Shown here: positions 40,549 to 50,317 of the stretch, piece after piece
Position numbering within the stretch: position 1 is the first letter of the stretch
Layout of the letters: each line of letters opens with the position of its first letter
Origin: Dehalococcoidia bacterium
Lineage (GTDB): Bacteria > Chloroflexota > Dehalococcoidia > Lucifugimonadales > UBA3495
NCBI GenBank assembly: GCA_965243255.1
Contig: CBDEUH010000004.1
Coordinates: 1,790,979-1,854,978 of the forward strand
DNA length: 64,000 nt
Direction of reading: 5' to 3'
The notes under the pieces: model-generated
Told to the model about the DNA's origin: nothing
Databases searched by the model: none
What the model saw: only the letters and a program-made list of their open reading frames with translations
Position numbers and translations under genes: made by a program

Positions 40549-41748
40549 ATGGCGAAACCATTGGAAGGCATCAAGGTGCTGGACTTGACCCGCGCGCTGG
40601 CGGGGCCCTTCTGCGCGCTAATGCTGGGGGACTACGGCGCGGACGTGATCAAGATTGAGCGGCCCGGGGCCGGGGACGACACGCGGAAGTGGGGGCCGCC
40701 GTTCATCGGGGAAGAGTCGGCCTACTTCCTGTCGGTGAACCGGAACAAGCGGAGCCTTACGCTGAACCTGCGGGACGAGAAGGCGCAGCAGGTGTTTTTG
40801 AAGCTGGCGGCCGACGCGGACGTGATAGTGGAGAACTTCACGCCGGACGTGATGTCCAACTTCAACCTGGGCTACGAGGACATCAAGAAGGTCAATCCGG
40901 GGGTCATCTATTGCTCCATATCCGGGTTTGGGGCGACGGGGCCGTACCGGAATCGGCCGGCCTACGACCAGATCATGCAGGGCATCAGCGGGTTGATGAG
41001 CATTACCGGCGACCTGGGGGGCGACCCGCAGAAGGTGGGCATTGCGGTTGCGGACATCGGCGCCGGGATGTGGGCGGCCTTTGCCGTGATGACGGCCCTG
41101 TTCCATCGCAATTCGCAGAACGGCAGCGGGCAGGGGCAGCACATTGACCTGTCGATGCTGGACGCGCAGGTGGCCTGGATGACGTATCAGGCCGGGTACT
41201 ACTTTGCAACGGGCGAGGCTCCGAAACGGCTGGGCGCGGCGCATCCGACGCTGGTGCCGTACCAGGCCTTCATGGGCAAGGACGGCAAGTACTTCAACGT
41301 GGCGGTGGGATCGGACGCGCTGTGGGATCGGTTCTGCGAGGGGATAGACCGGATGGATCTGCACGAGCACCCGGACTATGCGAGCAACGGCGTGCGGGTG
41401 AACAACCGGTCGAAGCTGGTGCCGCTGCTGCAAGAGTACTTCCTGAAAAAGGACGCGGACGACTGGGTGGCGGACCTGCAGGCGGCGAGAGTGCCGGCCG
41501 GGCCGATCAATGACCTGGCGGACGTGTTTGGCGACGCGCAGGTGCTGCACCGGGAGATGCTGCTGGAGATGCCGCATCCGACGCTGGGCAGCATCAAGCA
41601 GACGGGGCTGCCAATCAAGTTTTCGGAGACCCCGGGCGGGCTGGACCAGCCTCCGCCGCTGCTGGGGGAGCACAATCATCAGATCCTGACCGGGCTGGGG
41701 TATTCGGACGCCGACGTGGAGCAGATGGCCGCGTCGGGGGTCATCTAA
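40549..41748 (+). CDS. Family III (CaiB/BaiF) CoA-transferase
   Basis: 399 aa: LEGIKVLDLTRALAGPFCALMLGDYGADVIKIERPG.GDDTR.WGPP… is the canonical N-terminus. Confidence 0.9.
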   Translation: MAKPLEGIKVLDLTRALAGPFCALMLGDYGADVIKIERPGAGDDTRKWGPPFIGEESAYFLSVNRNKRSLTLNLRDEKAQQVFLKLAADADVIVENFTPDVMSNFNLGYEDIKKVNPGVIYCSISGFGATGPYRNRPAYDQIMQGISGLMSITGDLGGDPQKVGIAVADIGAGMWAAFAVMTALFHRNSQNGSGQGQHIDLSMLDAQVAWMTYQAGYYFATGEAPKRLGAAHPTLVPYQAFMGKDGKYFNVAVGSDALWDRFCEGIDRMDLHEHPDYASNGVRVNNRSKLVPLLQEYFLKKDADDWVADLQAARVPAGPINDLADVFGDAQVLHREMLLEMPHPTLGSIKQTGLPIKFSETPGGLDQPPPLLGEHNHQILTGLGYSDADVEQMAASGVI

Positions 41749-41779
41749 CGCCGGCTGTCGGAATCTGGAGGTAGGCCAG

Positions 41780-42610
41780 ATGGACCTGGGATTGCAGGAT
41801 ACGGTGGCGCTGGTGGTGGACTCCCACCTGGGGCTGGCAACGGCGGCGGCGGCATCGCTGGCCAACGAAGGGGCGCTGCTATCCCTAACGGCCCCGGACA
41901 GCTACAGCATGCGGCACGTGGAGATTGAACTGGCGCGGTCGAACATTCCGCAGGAGCGGTTCCGGGCGGTGATCGCCGACCTGAACCGGACGCGGGACAT
42001 ACACCGGCTGGTGCGGGAGACGCTGCACCGTCAGAATGACATCGGCGTGCTGGTGAACACGGTGCAGGAGCTGGACGCCGCCTCGGCGGTGGAGCTGCAG
42101 GAAGAAAACATTGAGCCGGCGCTGGGGCGCAATTTCTTCGCGGCGGTGCAGCTGACGCGGGAAGTGGTGCCGCACATGAAGCGGCTGGGGATGGGCCGGA
42201 TCATCAACTTGATCCCGTATTCGGCCATTGAAGTGTCGTCGGGGGGGACGCTGTCGTCGCTGAGCCTGGCGCCGCTGCTGGCGTACTTCAAGGGTCTGGC
42301 CTTTGAGCTGGCGTCGAGGAACATCACGGTGAACAACATCATCTACTTTGGCGTGGGGTGCGACGAGCCGGAAAACGGCAATCACGGTCCGGACGGGAAT
42401 GGCGGCACGCAGAACGGCGCAGCATCCGATGATCTGCCGGAAAACGGGGCGAAGCGGCTCGCGGTGGGAGACGATTCTCCGATGCACCGGATGGCGGAGC
42501 CGCATGAAATCGGCGACGTGGTGGCGATGGTGGCATCGTCGCGGGCGTCGTACCTGACGGGGGCCAACATCATCCTGGACGGCGGGCGGCACCGGCAGTA
42601 CTACGCCTGA
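41780..42610 (+). CDS. SDR-fold protein with degenerate cofactor/catalytic motifs and a Gly/Asn/Asp-rich insertion
   Basis: 276 aa. Has a Rossmann-like layout and C-terminal …YLTGANIILDGG, but VVDSHLGLA replaces TGxxxGxG and no clear YxxxK is present. ~45-aa low-complexity insert (CDEPENGNHGPDGNGGTQNGAASDDLPENG…). Confidence 0.6.
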   Translation: MDLGLQDTVALVVDSHLGLATAAAASLANEGALLSLTAPDSYSMRHVEIELARSNIPQERFRAVIADLNRTRDIHRLVRETLHRQNDIGVLVNTVQELDAASAVELQEENIEPALGRNFFAAVQLTREVVPHMKRLGMGRIINLIPYSAIEVSSGGTLSSLSLAPLLAYFKGLAFELASRNITVNNIIYFGVGCDEPENGNHGPDGNGGTQNGAASDDLPENGAKRLAVGDDSPMHRMAEPHEIGDVVAMVASSRASYLTGANIILDGGRHRQYYA

Positions 42611-42650
42611 AGCAGCCCGGACAGCACAGCGACACGGCGGGAGGAATCTC

Positions 42651-43829
42651 ATGACCAGCCGGCAGATGATTGACGACGCGCAAGAATTCCTGGCCAGCGA
42701 AAACATACCCGCCTGGCTGATCTACGATTACCTGGGCTGCAACCCGATACTGGCGCAGGTGGCGCAGCCGTCGGGCCACGTTACCCGGCCGGTATTCCTG
42801 TACGTGCCGGCGGTGGGCGCGCCGCGTCTGCTGACCCATCACGTGGACGCGGGCAAGTTCGCGGACGGCGGGGTTGAAAGCGTGGTGTACCGCAATCGCG
42901 ACAGCCTGGAGTCGGCGCTGGGGGATCTGCTGGCCGGTATGTCACGGGTGGCCATGGAGTATTCGCCGCGGAACGGTCTGCCCCGGGTATCGCGGGTGGA
43001 CGCGGGCACGGTGGAGCTGGTGCAGAGCATGGGGCCGGAGGTGGTGTCCTCGGCGGACCTGATGCAGTATGCCACGCAGCGGTGGTCTGCGGAGCAGCTG
43101 GCCAGCCACCGGCGGGCCGGCGAGACGCTGGGCCGCATCGTGAACGAGGCATTCGTCCGCATCGGGCAGCGCCTGGGGGAGGGGGTTACGGAGTTTGAAA
43201 TCGCCGAGTTCATCCGTCGGCGTTTCCGGGAAGAGGGGCTGACCACGGCGGACGGGCCCATTGTGTCCACCAACGCGCACTGCTCGGATCCGCACTACGA
43301 GCCGGCGGCGGAGGGGAGCAGCGTCATCGGGGCCGGCGACTGGGTGCTGATTGACCTGTGGGCGCGGGAGGACGCGCCGGATGGCGTGTACGCCGACATC
43401 ACGTGGACGGCCTACGTGGGCGACGAGCCGCCGGAACGGAACCGGGAGATCTTTGACATCGTGGTGGGGGCGCGGGACGCCGCGTTGGAGTTCCTACAGG
43501 ACGCGCACGGGGCGGGGGACGCGGTGCAGGGGTGGCAGGTTGACGACGTGGCCCGCCGCTACATCGCCGAGCGTGGCTATGGGGAATACTTCACCCACCG
43601 GCTGGGGCACAGCATCTACCAGACGGTGCACGGCGAGGGGGTCAACCTGGACAACTTTGAGACCCACGACACGCGGCGGGTCATCCCCGGCGTGGGCTTT
43701 TCCATTGAGCCGGGGATTTACCTGCCGGAGTTCGGCGTGCGCTCGGAGATTGACGCCTACGTGGGCGAGGACGGCCCCTACGCGTCGTCGCCGGTGCAGC
43801 GGGAGATAGTGCTGATCACTGGGAAGTAA
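42651..43829 (+). CDS. M24-family metallopeptidase (Xaa-Pro aminopeptidase-like)
   Basis: 392 aa with the pita-bread metal ligand context: …DLWAR……HRLGHSIY..VHG…GFSIEPGIY…GVRSEID. Confidence 0.85.
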   Translation: MTSRQMIDDAQEFLASENIPAWLIYDYLGCNPILAQVAQPSGHVTRPVFLYVPAVGAPRLLTHHVDAGKFADGGVESVVYRNRDSLESALGDLLAGMSRVAMEYSPRNGLPRVSRVDAGTVELVQSMGPEVVSSADLMQYATQRWSAEQLASHRRAGETLGRIVNEAFVRIGQRLGEGVTEFEIAEFIRRRFREEGLTTADGPIVSTNAHCSDPHYEPAAEGSSVIGAGDWVLIDLWAREDAPDGVYADITWTAYVGDEPPERNREIFDIVVGARDAALEFLQDAHGAGDAVQGWQVDDVARRYIAERGYGEYFTHRLGHSIYQTVHGEGVNLDNFETHDTRRVIPGVGFSIEPGIYLPEFGVRSEIDAYVGEDGPYASSPVQREIVLITGK

Positions 43830-44679
43830 TCGTTCCGTTGAAGGCCAGTTCGAGGCGGATGGTGTCATCGACGCTGAGGACGACGGCGACGCGGGGTTTA
43901 TCCATCCCGAAGTCGTCGAAGGTGAACTCGACGATGGCGAGGCCCTTCATGGTACCGGCCTGGGTGAAGACTCCCTGAACGTCCCAGATGACCTGCTCGG
44001 TGCGGTCCTTGATGGTCAGGTCGCCGGTGAGAGTGAAGGCCACCGGGAAGTTGGTGGTGGGCGGCCACTCCAGGTTGTCAACCGCGGTGGGCTGGAACAC
44101 GACCTCGGGGTAGGTGTCGGTCTCCAACGTGCGGTTGCGGACGTAGCCATCGCGTCGGTTGCTGTCGGTGCGCAGGGTGGCGGCCTGCACGGCGAGGCGG
44201 CTTTGGTCGGCAATCACCGCGCCGTCGGCGTCAAAGGCGATGGCGCCGGCCACGTCGGTGGTCTCGCCCACTGCGACGAAGAAACCGGTGTTGGCCAGCT
44301 CTTCCTCGACGCGGTAGCGGGCGACGGTTCCCTCGCCCAAGGTGAAGAGGGTGGCTGCGGCGGGGGGCGCCGGCTCGGGGGTGGGAGGTTCGGCCGGGGC
44401 CTCCGTGGGAGGCGCGGCCGGGGGTTCGGTGGGGGTCGCTGGCGCCGGGGTGGCCGGCGGGGCGGGGGTGGCGGCGGGGGCAGCCGTTGCCGAGGGCGGG
44501 TTGGTGGCGGCCGGGGCCGGGGCTTCCGTGGCCGCAGCGGTGGCCGGGGGCTGAGGGGCCTGGGTAGCGGCCGGGATTGAGGTGGGTTCGGTTGGGGAGC
44601 CGCCGCAGGCGACGACGAAGACGGCAAGAGCCAGGGCAGCGAAGATAAGGGCGGGGGTGAAGCGGTGATCGATGGACAT
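43816..44679 (-). CDS. YceI-like domain lipoprotein with Pro/Thr/Ala linker
   Basis: ATG 44677-44679 inside the 602-aa ORF. Lipobox FVVAC, ~80-aa PA/PT linker, then a YceI-like pattern (…ATLRTDSNRRDGYVRNRTLETDTYPEVVF…LTGDLTIKDRT…). Confidence 0.75.
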   Translation of the reverse strand: MSIDHRFTPALIFAALALAVFVVACGGSPTEPTSIPAATQAPQPPATAAATEAPAPAATNPPSATAAPAATPAPPATPAPATPTEPPAAPPTEAPAEPPTPEPAPPAAATLFTLGEGTVARYRVEEELANTGFFVAVGETTDVAGAIAFDADGAVIADQSRLAVQAATLRTDSNRRDGYVRNRTLETDTYPEVVFQPTAVDNLEWPPTTNFPVAFTLTGDLTIKDRTEQVIWDVQGVFTQAGTMKGLAIVEFTFDDFGMDKPRVAVVLSVDDTIRLELAFNGTITSQ

Positions 44680-44787
44680 GCAGAGTCTCCCTGCGAAAAA
44701 GTTTGCGGGGATTAATTCTAACATTGCCCCGGCCCCGGCGCGGCGGTACAATCCGGCCAACAGCCTAATACCTGGGAGCAGTTGACC

Positions 44788-45936
44788 ATGAAATTCGGCC
44801 TGGCTTACGAAATGCAGCGTCCCGAGCTGGACGACCACGCGGTGATTGAGGAAACCATCGAGCAGGTCTGCCTGGCGGACGAGATGGGGTTTGATTACGT
44901 GTGGTTTGTGGAGCACCACTTTCTGACGACGTTCAGTATGTCGCCGTGCCCGGAGGTCATCTTCGGCGCGCTGAGCAAGCTGACCAAGCGGATCCGGCTG
45001 GGGTTTGGCGTAATCATCCTGCCCTACCATCACCCGGTGCGGGTGGCCGAGCGGGTGGCCATGGTGGACCATCTGACCAACGGGCGGGTGGACATGGGGA
45101 CGGGGCGGAGCGCGGCCTACGAGCAGACGGGGATGGGCATCGACCCGCGGGAAACCAGGGAGATGTGGGAAGAGTCGCTGAAGATGATCCCGCAAATCTG
45201 GGAATCGGATTACTTTGAGTGGGAGGGCCGGTACTGGAACGTGCCGCCGCGCCAGGTGCTGCCCAAGCCGTACCAGCAGCCGCACCCGCCCATCTGGGTA
45301 GCGGCTCTGCAGCCGGCGACCTACGAGCTGGCGGCGGAACGGGGCATCGGGGTGATGGCGCTGGGGGTCAGCGCGCCGTCGGTGCTGGAGCCGCACATCG
45401 CGGCGTACCGGGAGAACATCAAGAAGGCCAAGCCGGTGGGGCAGTTCGTCAACAACCAGTGGCTGAGTTCCATCTTCGGCCTGTGCGGCGCGGACAACGG
45501 GGCAACTCGCCAGCTGTGCGCCGACTCGCTGAAGACGTTCTTCGGGCCGGGGCGTCCCTACGTGCAGGACCAGAAGGACGTGTACGCGCGTCTGCTGGAC
45601 CAGTGGGGCGGCATTCCGGAACACCTGCAGCAGAACTTCTCACGCTACATTGACGTGCCGGAGGAAGGCGCGGATGCCGAAGCCGGCGGCGTTGACCTGT
45701 CTGGGGGCACGGCGCTGGCGCAGAAGATCTGGGAGGAGTTCGACGCGGACACGCTGGCGGAGCGGGGCGTGATCGTGGCCGGCGACCCGGACAGCTGCAT
45801 CAGGGCGGCCAAGCTGCACGAGGCGACCGGGGTTGACCAGCTACAGTTCCTGATGGCCACCGAGACCGTGGCTCACGACAAGGTGATGGAGTCCATCGAG
45901 ATGTTCGGCAAGCACGTGTTTCCGGCGTTTAAGTAG
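44788..45936 (+). CDS. LLM-class flavin-dependent oxidoreductase/monooxygenase
   Basis: ATG 44788 (MKFGLAYEMQRPE…GFDYVWFVEHHF…RIRLGFGVIILPYHHPVRVAERVAMVDHLTNGRVDMGTGRS). Confidence 0.85.
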   Translation: MKFGLAYEMQRPELDDHAVIEETIEQVCLADEMGFDYVWFVEHHFLTTFSMSPCPEVIFGALSKLTKRIRLGFGVIILPYHHPVRVAERVAMVDHLTNGRVDMGTGRSAAYEQTGMGIDPRETREMWEESLKMIPQIWESDYFEWEGRYWNVPPRQVLPKPYQQPHPPIWVAALQPATYELAAERGIGVMALGVSAPSVLEPHIAAYRENIKKAKPVGQFVNNQWLSSIFGLCGADNGATRQLCADSLKTFFGPGRPYVQDQKDVYARLLDQWGGIPEHLQQNFSRYIDVPEEGADAEAGGVDLSGGTALAQKIWEEFDADTLAERGVIVAGDPDSCIRAAKLHEATGVDQLQFLMATETVAHDKVMESIEMFGKHVFPAFK

Positions 45937-47023
45937 GGTCGCCGGTAAGGTCGCTGACGCGGGGGGCGACCTCCTCGGCGATGAGGCGGAGACAGTCCAG
46001 CTCCCACTGGTGGTCGTCGGGGTCCTGGGTGATGCAGAGGAGGTGGCCGAAGCCGCCGACCTCGTCGTAGAGCTGGCGGATGCGCTGGGCGCACTCGTCG
46101 GGGTCGCCGACAATCCAGATGTTTTCCATCATGTAGTCGACGGTGAGGTCGTCGTCGCTCATGTTGGGGTCGATCTTGGTGGCCTGAATCAGGCCGGAAC
46201 CCAGGCGGTTAGGCAGCTGGTGCTGGAGGTAGTTGCGGCCCAGGACGGCGTAGGCGCGCTCGCGGGCCTCCTCGGGGGTTTCGGCGACGAAAACGTCGCG
46301 GCCGATGCGCCAGTCGGCGCGGCTGGCTTCCCGGCCGGCTTCGGCGGCGGCGTCCTCAACGGTGGTCCAGTGGTCGCCCAGGTAGTGCGGGGCCAGGTTG
46401 CTGCTGCTCATGGGGATGTAGCCCTCGCGTCCGGCGACGCGGATGCTGCTGCTGCCGATGGAGGTGGCGGCGACGCCGATGGGGGGATGGGGCTGCTGGA
46501 GGGGCTTCATGTGGAGGCCGCGTTCCAGCACGGGGTCGAGCTCGGGCGCTTCGATGTCGAAGAACTCGCCGTGGTACTCGAACTTGCCCTCGGAGGCCCA
46601 GAGGCTGAGGACGATGTCCAGCACCTCGGCGGCGCGGCGGCGGACGTCGTCGCCCTGGCCGGGGTCCATGCCGAAAAGTTGCAGGTCGGTGGGGATGGCC
46701 CGGTGTCCGATGCCCCAGTAGAGTCGGCCGCGGGTGAGGTGGTCGAGCATGGCGATGCGGTGGGCCAGCTCGATGGGGTTGTGGATGGGCAGGAGGGTGA
46801 CGCCGGTGGCGAGGCGGATGTTCTCGGTGAGGGCGGAGGCCTTGGCAATCAGCAGGTCGGGGAAGGGGGCGTTTTCCCAGCGCTCGGTGAGGTGCTCGCC
46901 AATCCAGGCTTCGTGAAAGCCGAGGCGGTCGGCGGCCTGGAGGAGGTCAAGGTCGCGGTCGTAGGAATCGGCGTAGGAACGGTGGGGTGGATGCAAGGGC
47001 ATCATGAACAGGCCGAATTGCAT
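45929..47023 (-). CDS. LLM-class flavin-dependent monooxygenase
   Basis: ATG 47021-47023 with AAAGGAG RBS upstream. MQFGLFMMPLH…GFHEAWIGEH……LLPIHNPIELAHRIAMLDHLTRGRLYWGIG. Convergent 8-nt overlap with the preceding LLM gene. Confidence 0.85.
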   Translation of the reverse strand: MQFGLFMMPLHPPHRSYADSYDRDLDLLQAADRLGFHEAWIGEHLTERWENAPFPDLLIAKASALTENIRLATGVTLLPIHNPIELAHRIAMLDHLTRGRLYWGIGHRAIPTDLQLFGMDPGQGDDVRRRAAEVLDIVLSLWASEGKFEYHGEFFDIEAPELDPVLERGLHMKPLQQPHPPIGVAATSIGSSSIRVAGREGYIPMSSSNLAPHYLGDHWTTVEDAAAEAGREASRADWRIGRDVFVAETPEEARERAYAVLGRNYLQHQLPNRLGSGLIQATKIDPNMSDDDLTVDYMMENIWIVGDPDECAQRIRQLYDEVGGFGHLLCITQDPDDHQWELDCLRLIAEEVAPRVSDLTGDPT

Positions 47024-47159
47024 GGGGGTACTCCTTTGGTCAACAGACAGCGGGGATGGCGATGCGGCAAGGGTAGGCTGGGCAAGCGTTGGTGTCAACG
47101 GCGTCGGACGTCGGAAATTTGATGACACCTGCAACGATGCGCCGGAGGCTGGGGCACGT

Positions 47160-47165
47160 TATAAT
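47160..47165 (+). promoter_or_regulatory. -10 box TATAAT upstream of mod
   Basis: gttataat lies 33 nt upstream of ATG 47199. Confidence 0.35.
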
Positions 47166-47198
47166 TTCACCCGCAACCGAATCCATTGAGGACAGGTC

Positions 47199-50100
47199 AT
47201 GACTACCTCATCTACCGCCACCGAGACGAACCTAGTCAAGTTCCAGAATCTGCTGTGCGAGCTGTTCCAGTTCGACTGCGCCAACCTGGACTTTGGCATC
47301 TACCGCATCATGAACCACAAGCGGGAGGTCATTAGGCAGTTCATTACAGAAAAGCTGCCGGCTGCCGTCGCTAGCGAACTGGATAGCGGCCCTCTTGCCG
47401 AGCAAGCCCGCGCCCAATCCGCCCTGGAGGAAGCCGCTCAGCGCGTTCGCGACAATATCGATCCTGACGCCATTGACGAGTTCGGCAGCCTTAACGAGCA
47501 ATACCACGGTACGCAGGCCGGTCGCGACTACCTTGCGGCCCAAGCCAACGCCGCCGACGGCAGCCGCAGCCGGGAAGCGGTTGAAGCCGAAATTTACAAT
47601 CACCTCTACACCTTCTTCAGCCGCTACTACGAAGAAGGCGACTTCATTTCCAAGCGGCGTTACTCCCGCAACGAACGCTACGCCATCCCCTACAACGGTG
47701 AGGAAGTCTATCTCCACTGGGCCAACAGCGACCAGTATTACGTCAAAACCGACGAGCACTTCCGCAACTACGACTGGACCGCCCCCAACGGCGTTGCCGT
47801 CCGTTTTCGACTGGACAACGCCGACGTGGAACAGAACAACGTCAAAGGGGACGACCGCCTATTCTTGCCGCTTTGCGACAAATCCCAATGGGACGCTGAT
47901 TCGCAGACGATTACGATACCTTTTGAGTTCCGACCACTGAACGGCGCAGAAAAGCAGCAGTACGGTAAAGGGCGACAGAAGCAGCAAGAGAATATCATCG
48001 CTGGCGCCATCACTGAGATTCAGGAAAACCTGCCACAACATCCCGACGCACTGGCAGCACTGACCGGAGAAGAGCGGAGCAACGGTAACGGACCGGTCAG
48101 CCATTTGGAGCACCACCTATGGCGGTACGTCGCTCGCAACAACGCCGACTTCTTCATCCACAAGGATTTGTCCGGCTTCCTGAATCGGGAGCTGGACTTC
48201 TACCTGAAGAACGAGGTGTTAAACTTGGACAACATGACCATCGCCGGGCAGAACATGGCCGACGGCTGGTTTCAAACGCTGCGGCTGGTCAAGGAAGTCG
48301 GCGGCCAAGTCATCGGATTCCTGGCCCAGATTGAAAACTTCCAGAAGACACTGTACGAAAAGCGCAAGTTCGTCACCGAAACGCACTACTGCATCACCAT
48401 GAACGACATTGGTGCCGATTTCTACCACGAAATCATCGCCAACGAAGGGCAGTGGAACGAATGGCAAGAACTGTTCGACGTTGACGGCACCGACCGCAGC
48501 AATGGCTTCTTGGAAGCGCACCCCACGCTAGTAATTGACACCAGACACTTTCGCGCCGACTTCACCAACCGCTTGCTGGAGTCCTTCAAAGATTTGGACA
48601 GCGTAACCGACGGACTGCTGGTGCGTGGCGAAAACTGGCAAGCCTTACGCCTCTTCGAAGAGAAATACGTGGGCAGAATCAGTTGCATCTACATTGATCC
48701 TCCTTATAACACTGAGACGTCAGAAATACTCTACAAAAATGGCTACAAGGACTCTACTTGGATAACCATGATGAAGGATCGTGTGCTTTTCAATAAGAGT
48801 TTCCTTGCTAGTGGAGGCTTCAACGTCGTTACGATCGACCACGTAGAGTTGCACAACTTGGCGATGATACTGGACCAGACCTTTGGTAAGGAGCAGCATG
48901 TAGGAACGGTCTCTATTCTCATCAATCCCAAAGGGCGGCAACACGAAAAATTCTTTTCCAAGTCCACCGAGTACATGATTGTTCACTGCAACGATTTGGG
49001 TGTTGCAAGGTTCAATCAAGTAGCGATCAGTTCAGAGAAAGCCCAAACTTTCACTCTTTCAGATGGGCAGAGGCGATACCGCCTCGACCCCTTCGCGAGG
49101 ATTCGCAACAGCACAACGAGGGAGATAAAGCCTGAAGCCTATTATCCCATTTTTGTGAGTCCCGATTTAAGCGATCTTACGCTTGAAGAGTCCAAGGTGG
49201 GATATACGGCGGTGTATCCCGTTAATGACGAGGGCAAGGAGTTTTCTTGGAAAGTCGGTCCAGAGACCTTTTCCCAACGGTTGAAGCAGGGCGATTATGT
49301 TGCCAAACGCAACGCACAGGGGAAGTTGCAGATTTTCAACAAATACTACGAGAACCAAGTGCATCACAATCTGTGGCACGATAAGAAGTACTACCCGGAG
49401 TTCAATGGAACGCAGCTATTGAAAGCGCTTTTCGGAGAGTCTTGGTTTTCATACCCGAAATCGGTTTATGCCGTCTCCGACACGCTGAAGCTGATGGCTG
49501 AAGAGCATTCGTTTGTCCTCGACTACTTCGCCGGTTCCGGCACTACTGGCCATGCTGCCATCAACCTAAACCGTGAGGATGGCGGCCAACGCAAGTTCAT
49601 CTTGGTGGAAATGGGCGAGTACTTTGACACGGTACTGCTGCCCCGCATCAAGAAAGTCACCTACTCCCCGGAATGGAAAGACGGCACACCCCAGAGGCAA
49701 GCGACCGCCGAGGAAGTCGAAAGATCGCCCCGCATCGTGAAGTACATTCTTCTTGAATCCTACGAGGACGCGCTGGATAGCATCGAGTTTGACCAAGTAG
49801 TCGTAGAAACTCAACAAAGTTTGACAGAGCCGGATGACGAGTACCTGCTCAAGTATATGCTGGGCTGGGAAACCAAGGACAGCGCAACGCTGCTCAACGT
49901 TGGCAAGCTGAGCAGCCCATTCGACTACCGGCTGCGGGCCCACGTTAACGGCGCAAAGCAGGAACGCGAGGTTGACCTGCCGGAGACGTTTAACTACCTG
50001 CTCGGTCTGAAAGTCCGGAGGCGACGCACCTTCGATGACGATGGACGGCGATACCTGGTGTACCGCGGTGAAACCCGCGCCAATCCGGGCCGAGCGGTAG

Positions 50101-50288
50101 CGGTTATCTGGCGCGCTACCGAGGGATGGGCAGAGGAGGACTTCGCCCGCGACCGTGATTTCGTCGCAGAGCACAATCTGGCCGGCGGCGCCGATACGGT
50201 GTACGTCAACGGTGATTCCTGCATCCCCGGCGCCAAGCCCATTGAGCCAATGTTCAAAGAGCGGATGTTTGCCGGCGTAGACGTCTGA
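47199..50288 (+). CDS. mod: Type III-like DNA methyltransferase (Mod; beta-class N6/N4 amino-MTase) with ~480-aa N-terminal and ~270-aa C-terminal extensions
   Basis: 1029 aa. Motif IV CIYIDPPYNT precedes motif I VLDYFAGSGTTGHAAI, the beta-class order found in PF01555-type Mod enzymes. The N-terminal domain (…CANLDFGIYRIMNHKREVI…) is not assignable by eye. Low GC. Confidence 0.85.
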   Translation: MTTSSTATETNLVKFQNLLCELFQFDCANLDFGIYRIMNHKREVIRQFITEKLPAAVASELDSGPLAEQARAQSALEEAAQRVRDNIDPDAIDEFGSLNEQYHGTQAGRDYLAAQANAADGSRSREAVEAEIYNHLYTFFSRYYEEGDFISKRRYSRNERYAIPYNGEEVYLHWANSDQYYVKTDEHFRNYDWTAPNGVAVRFRLDNADVEQNNVKGDDRLFLPLCDKSQWDADSQTITIPFEFRPLNGAEKQQYGKGRQKQQENIIAGAITEIQENLPQHPDALAALTGEERSNGNGPVSHLEHHLWRYVARNNADFFIHKDLSGFLNRELDFYLKNEVLNLDNMTIAGQNMADGWFQTLRLVKEVGGQVIGFLAQIENFQKTLYEKRKFVTETHYCITMNDIGADFYHEIIANEGQWNEWQELFDVDGTDRSNGFLEAHPTLVIDTRHFRADFTNRLLESFKDLDSVTDGLLVRGENWQALRLFEEKYVGRISCIYIDPPYNTETSEILYKNGYKDSTWITMMKDRVLFNKSFLASGGFNVVTIDHVELHNLAMILDQTFGKEQHVGTVSILINPKGRQHEKFFSKSTEYMIVHCNDLGVARFNQVAISSEKAQTFTLSDGQRRYRLDPFARIRNSTTREIKPEAYYPIFVSPDLSDLTLEESKVGYTAVYPVNDEGKEFSWKVGPETFSQRLKQGDYVAKRNAQGKLQIFNKYYENQVHHNLWHDKKYYPEFNGTQLLKALFGESWFSYPKSVYAVSDTLKLMAEEHSFVLDYFAGSGTTGHAAINLNREDGGQRKFILVEMGEYFDTVLLPRIKKVTYSPEWKDGTPQRQATAEEVERSPRIVKYILLESYEDALDSIEFDQVVVETQQSLTEPDDEYLLKYMLGWETKDSATLLNVGKLSSPFDYRLRAHVNGAKQEREVDLPETFNYLLGLKVRRRRTFDDDGRRYLVYRGETRANPGRAVAVIWRATEGWAEEDFARDRDFVAEHNLAGGADTVYVNGDSCIPGAKPIEPMFKERMFAGVDV

Positions 50289-50317
50289 AACCAGCGATTT
50301 ATTGGAGGAGGCGCACT

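Noticed and set aside
44680-45624. N-terminal extension of ORF 43816..45624
   Set aside because: It lies antisense to the LLM gene at 44788-45936. The signal peptide and lipobox start at Met 44679, which marks the real start.
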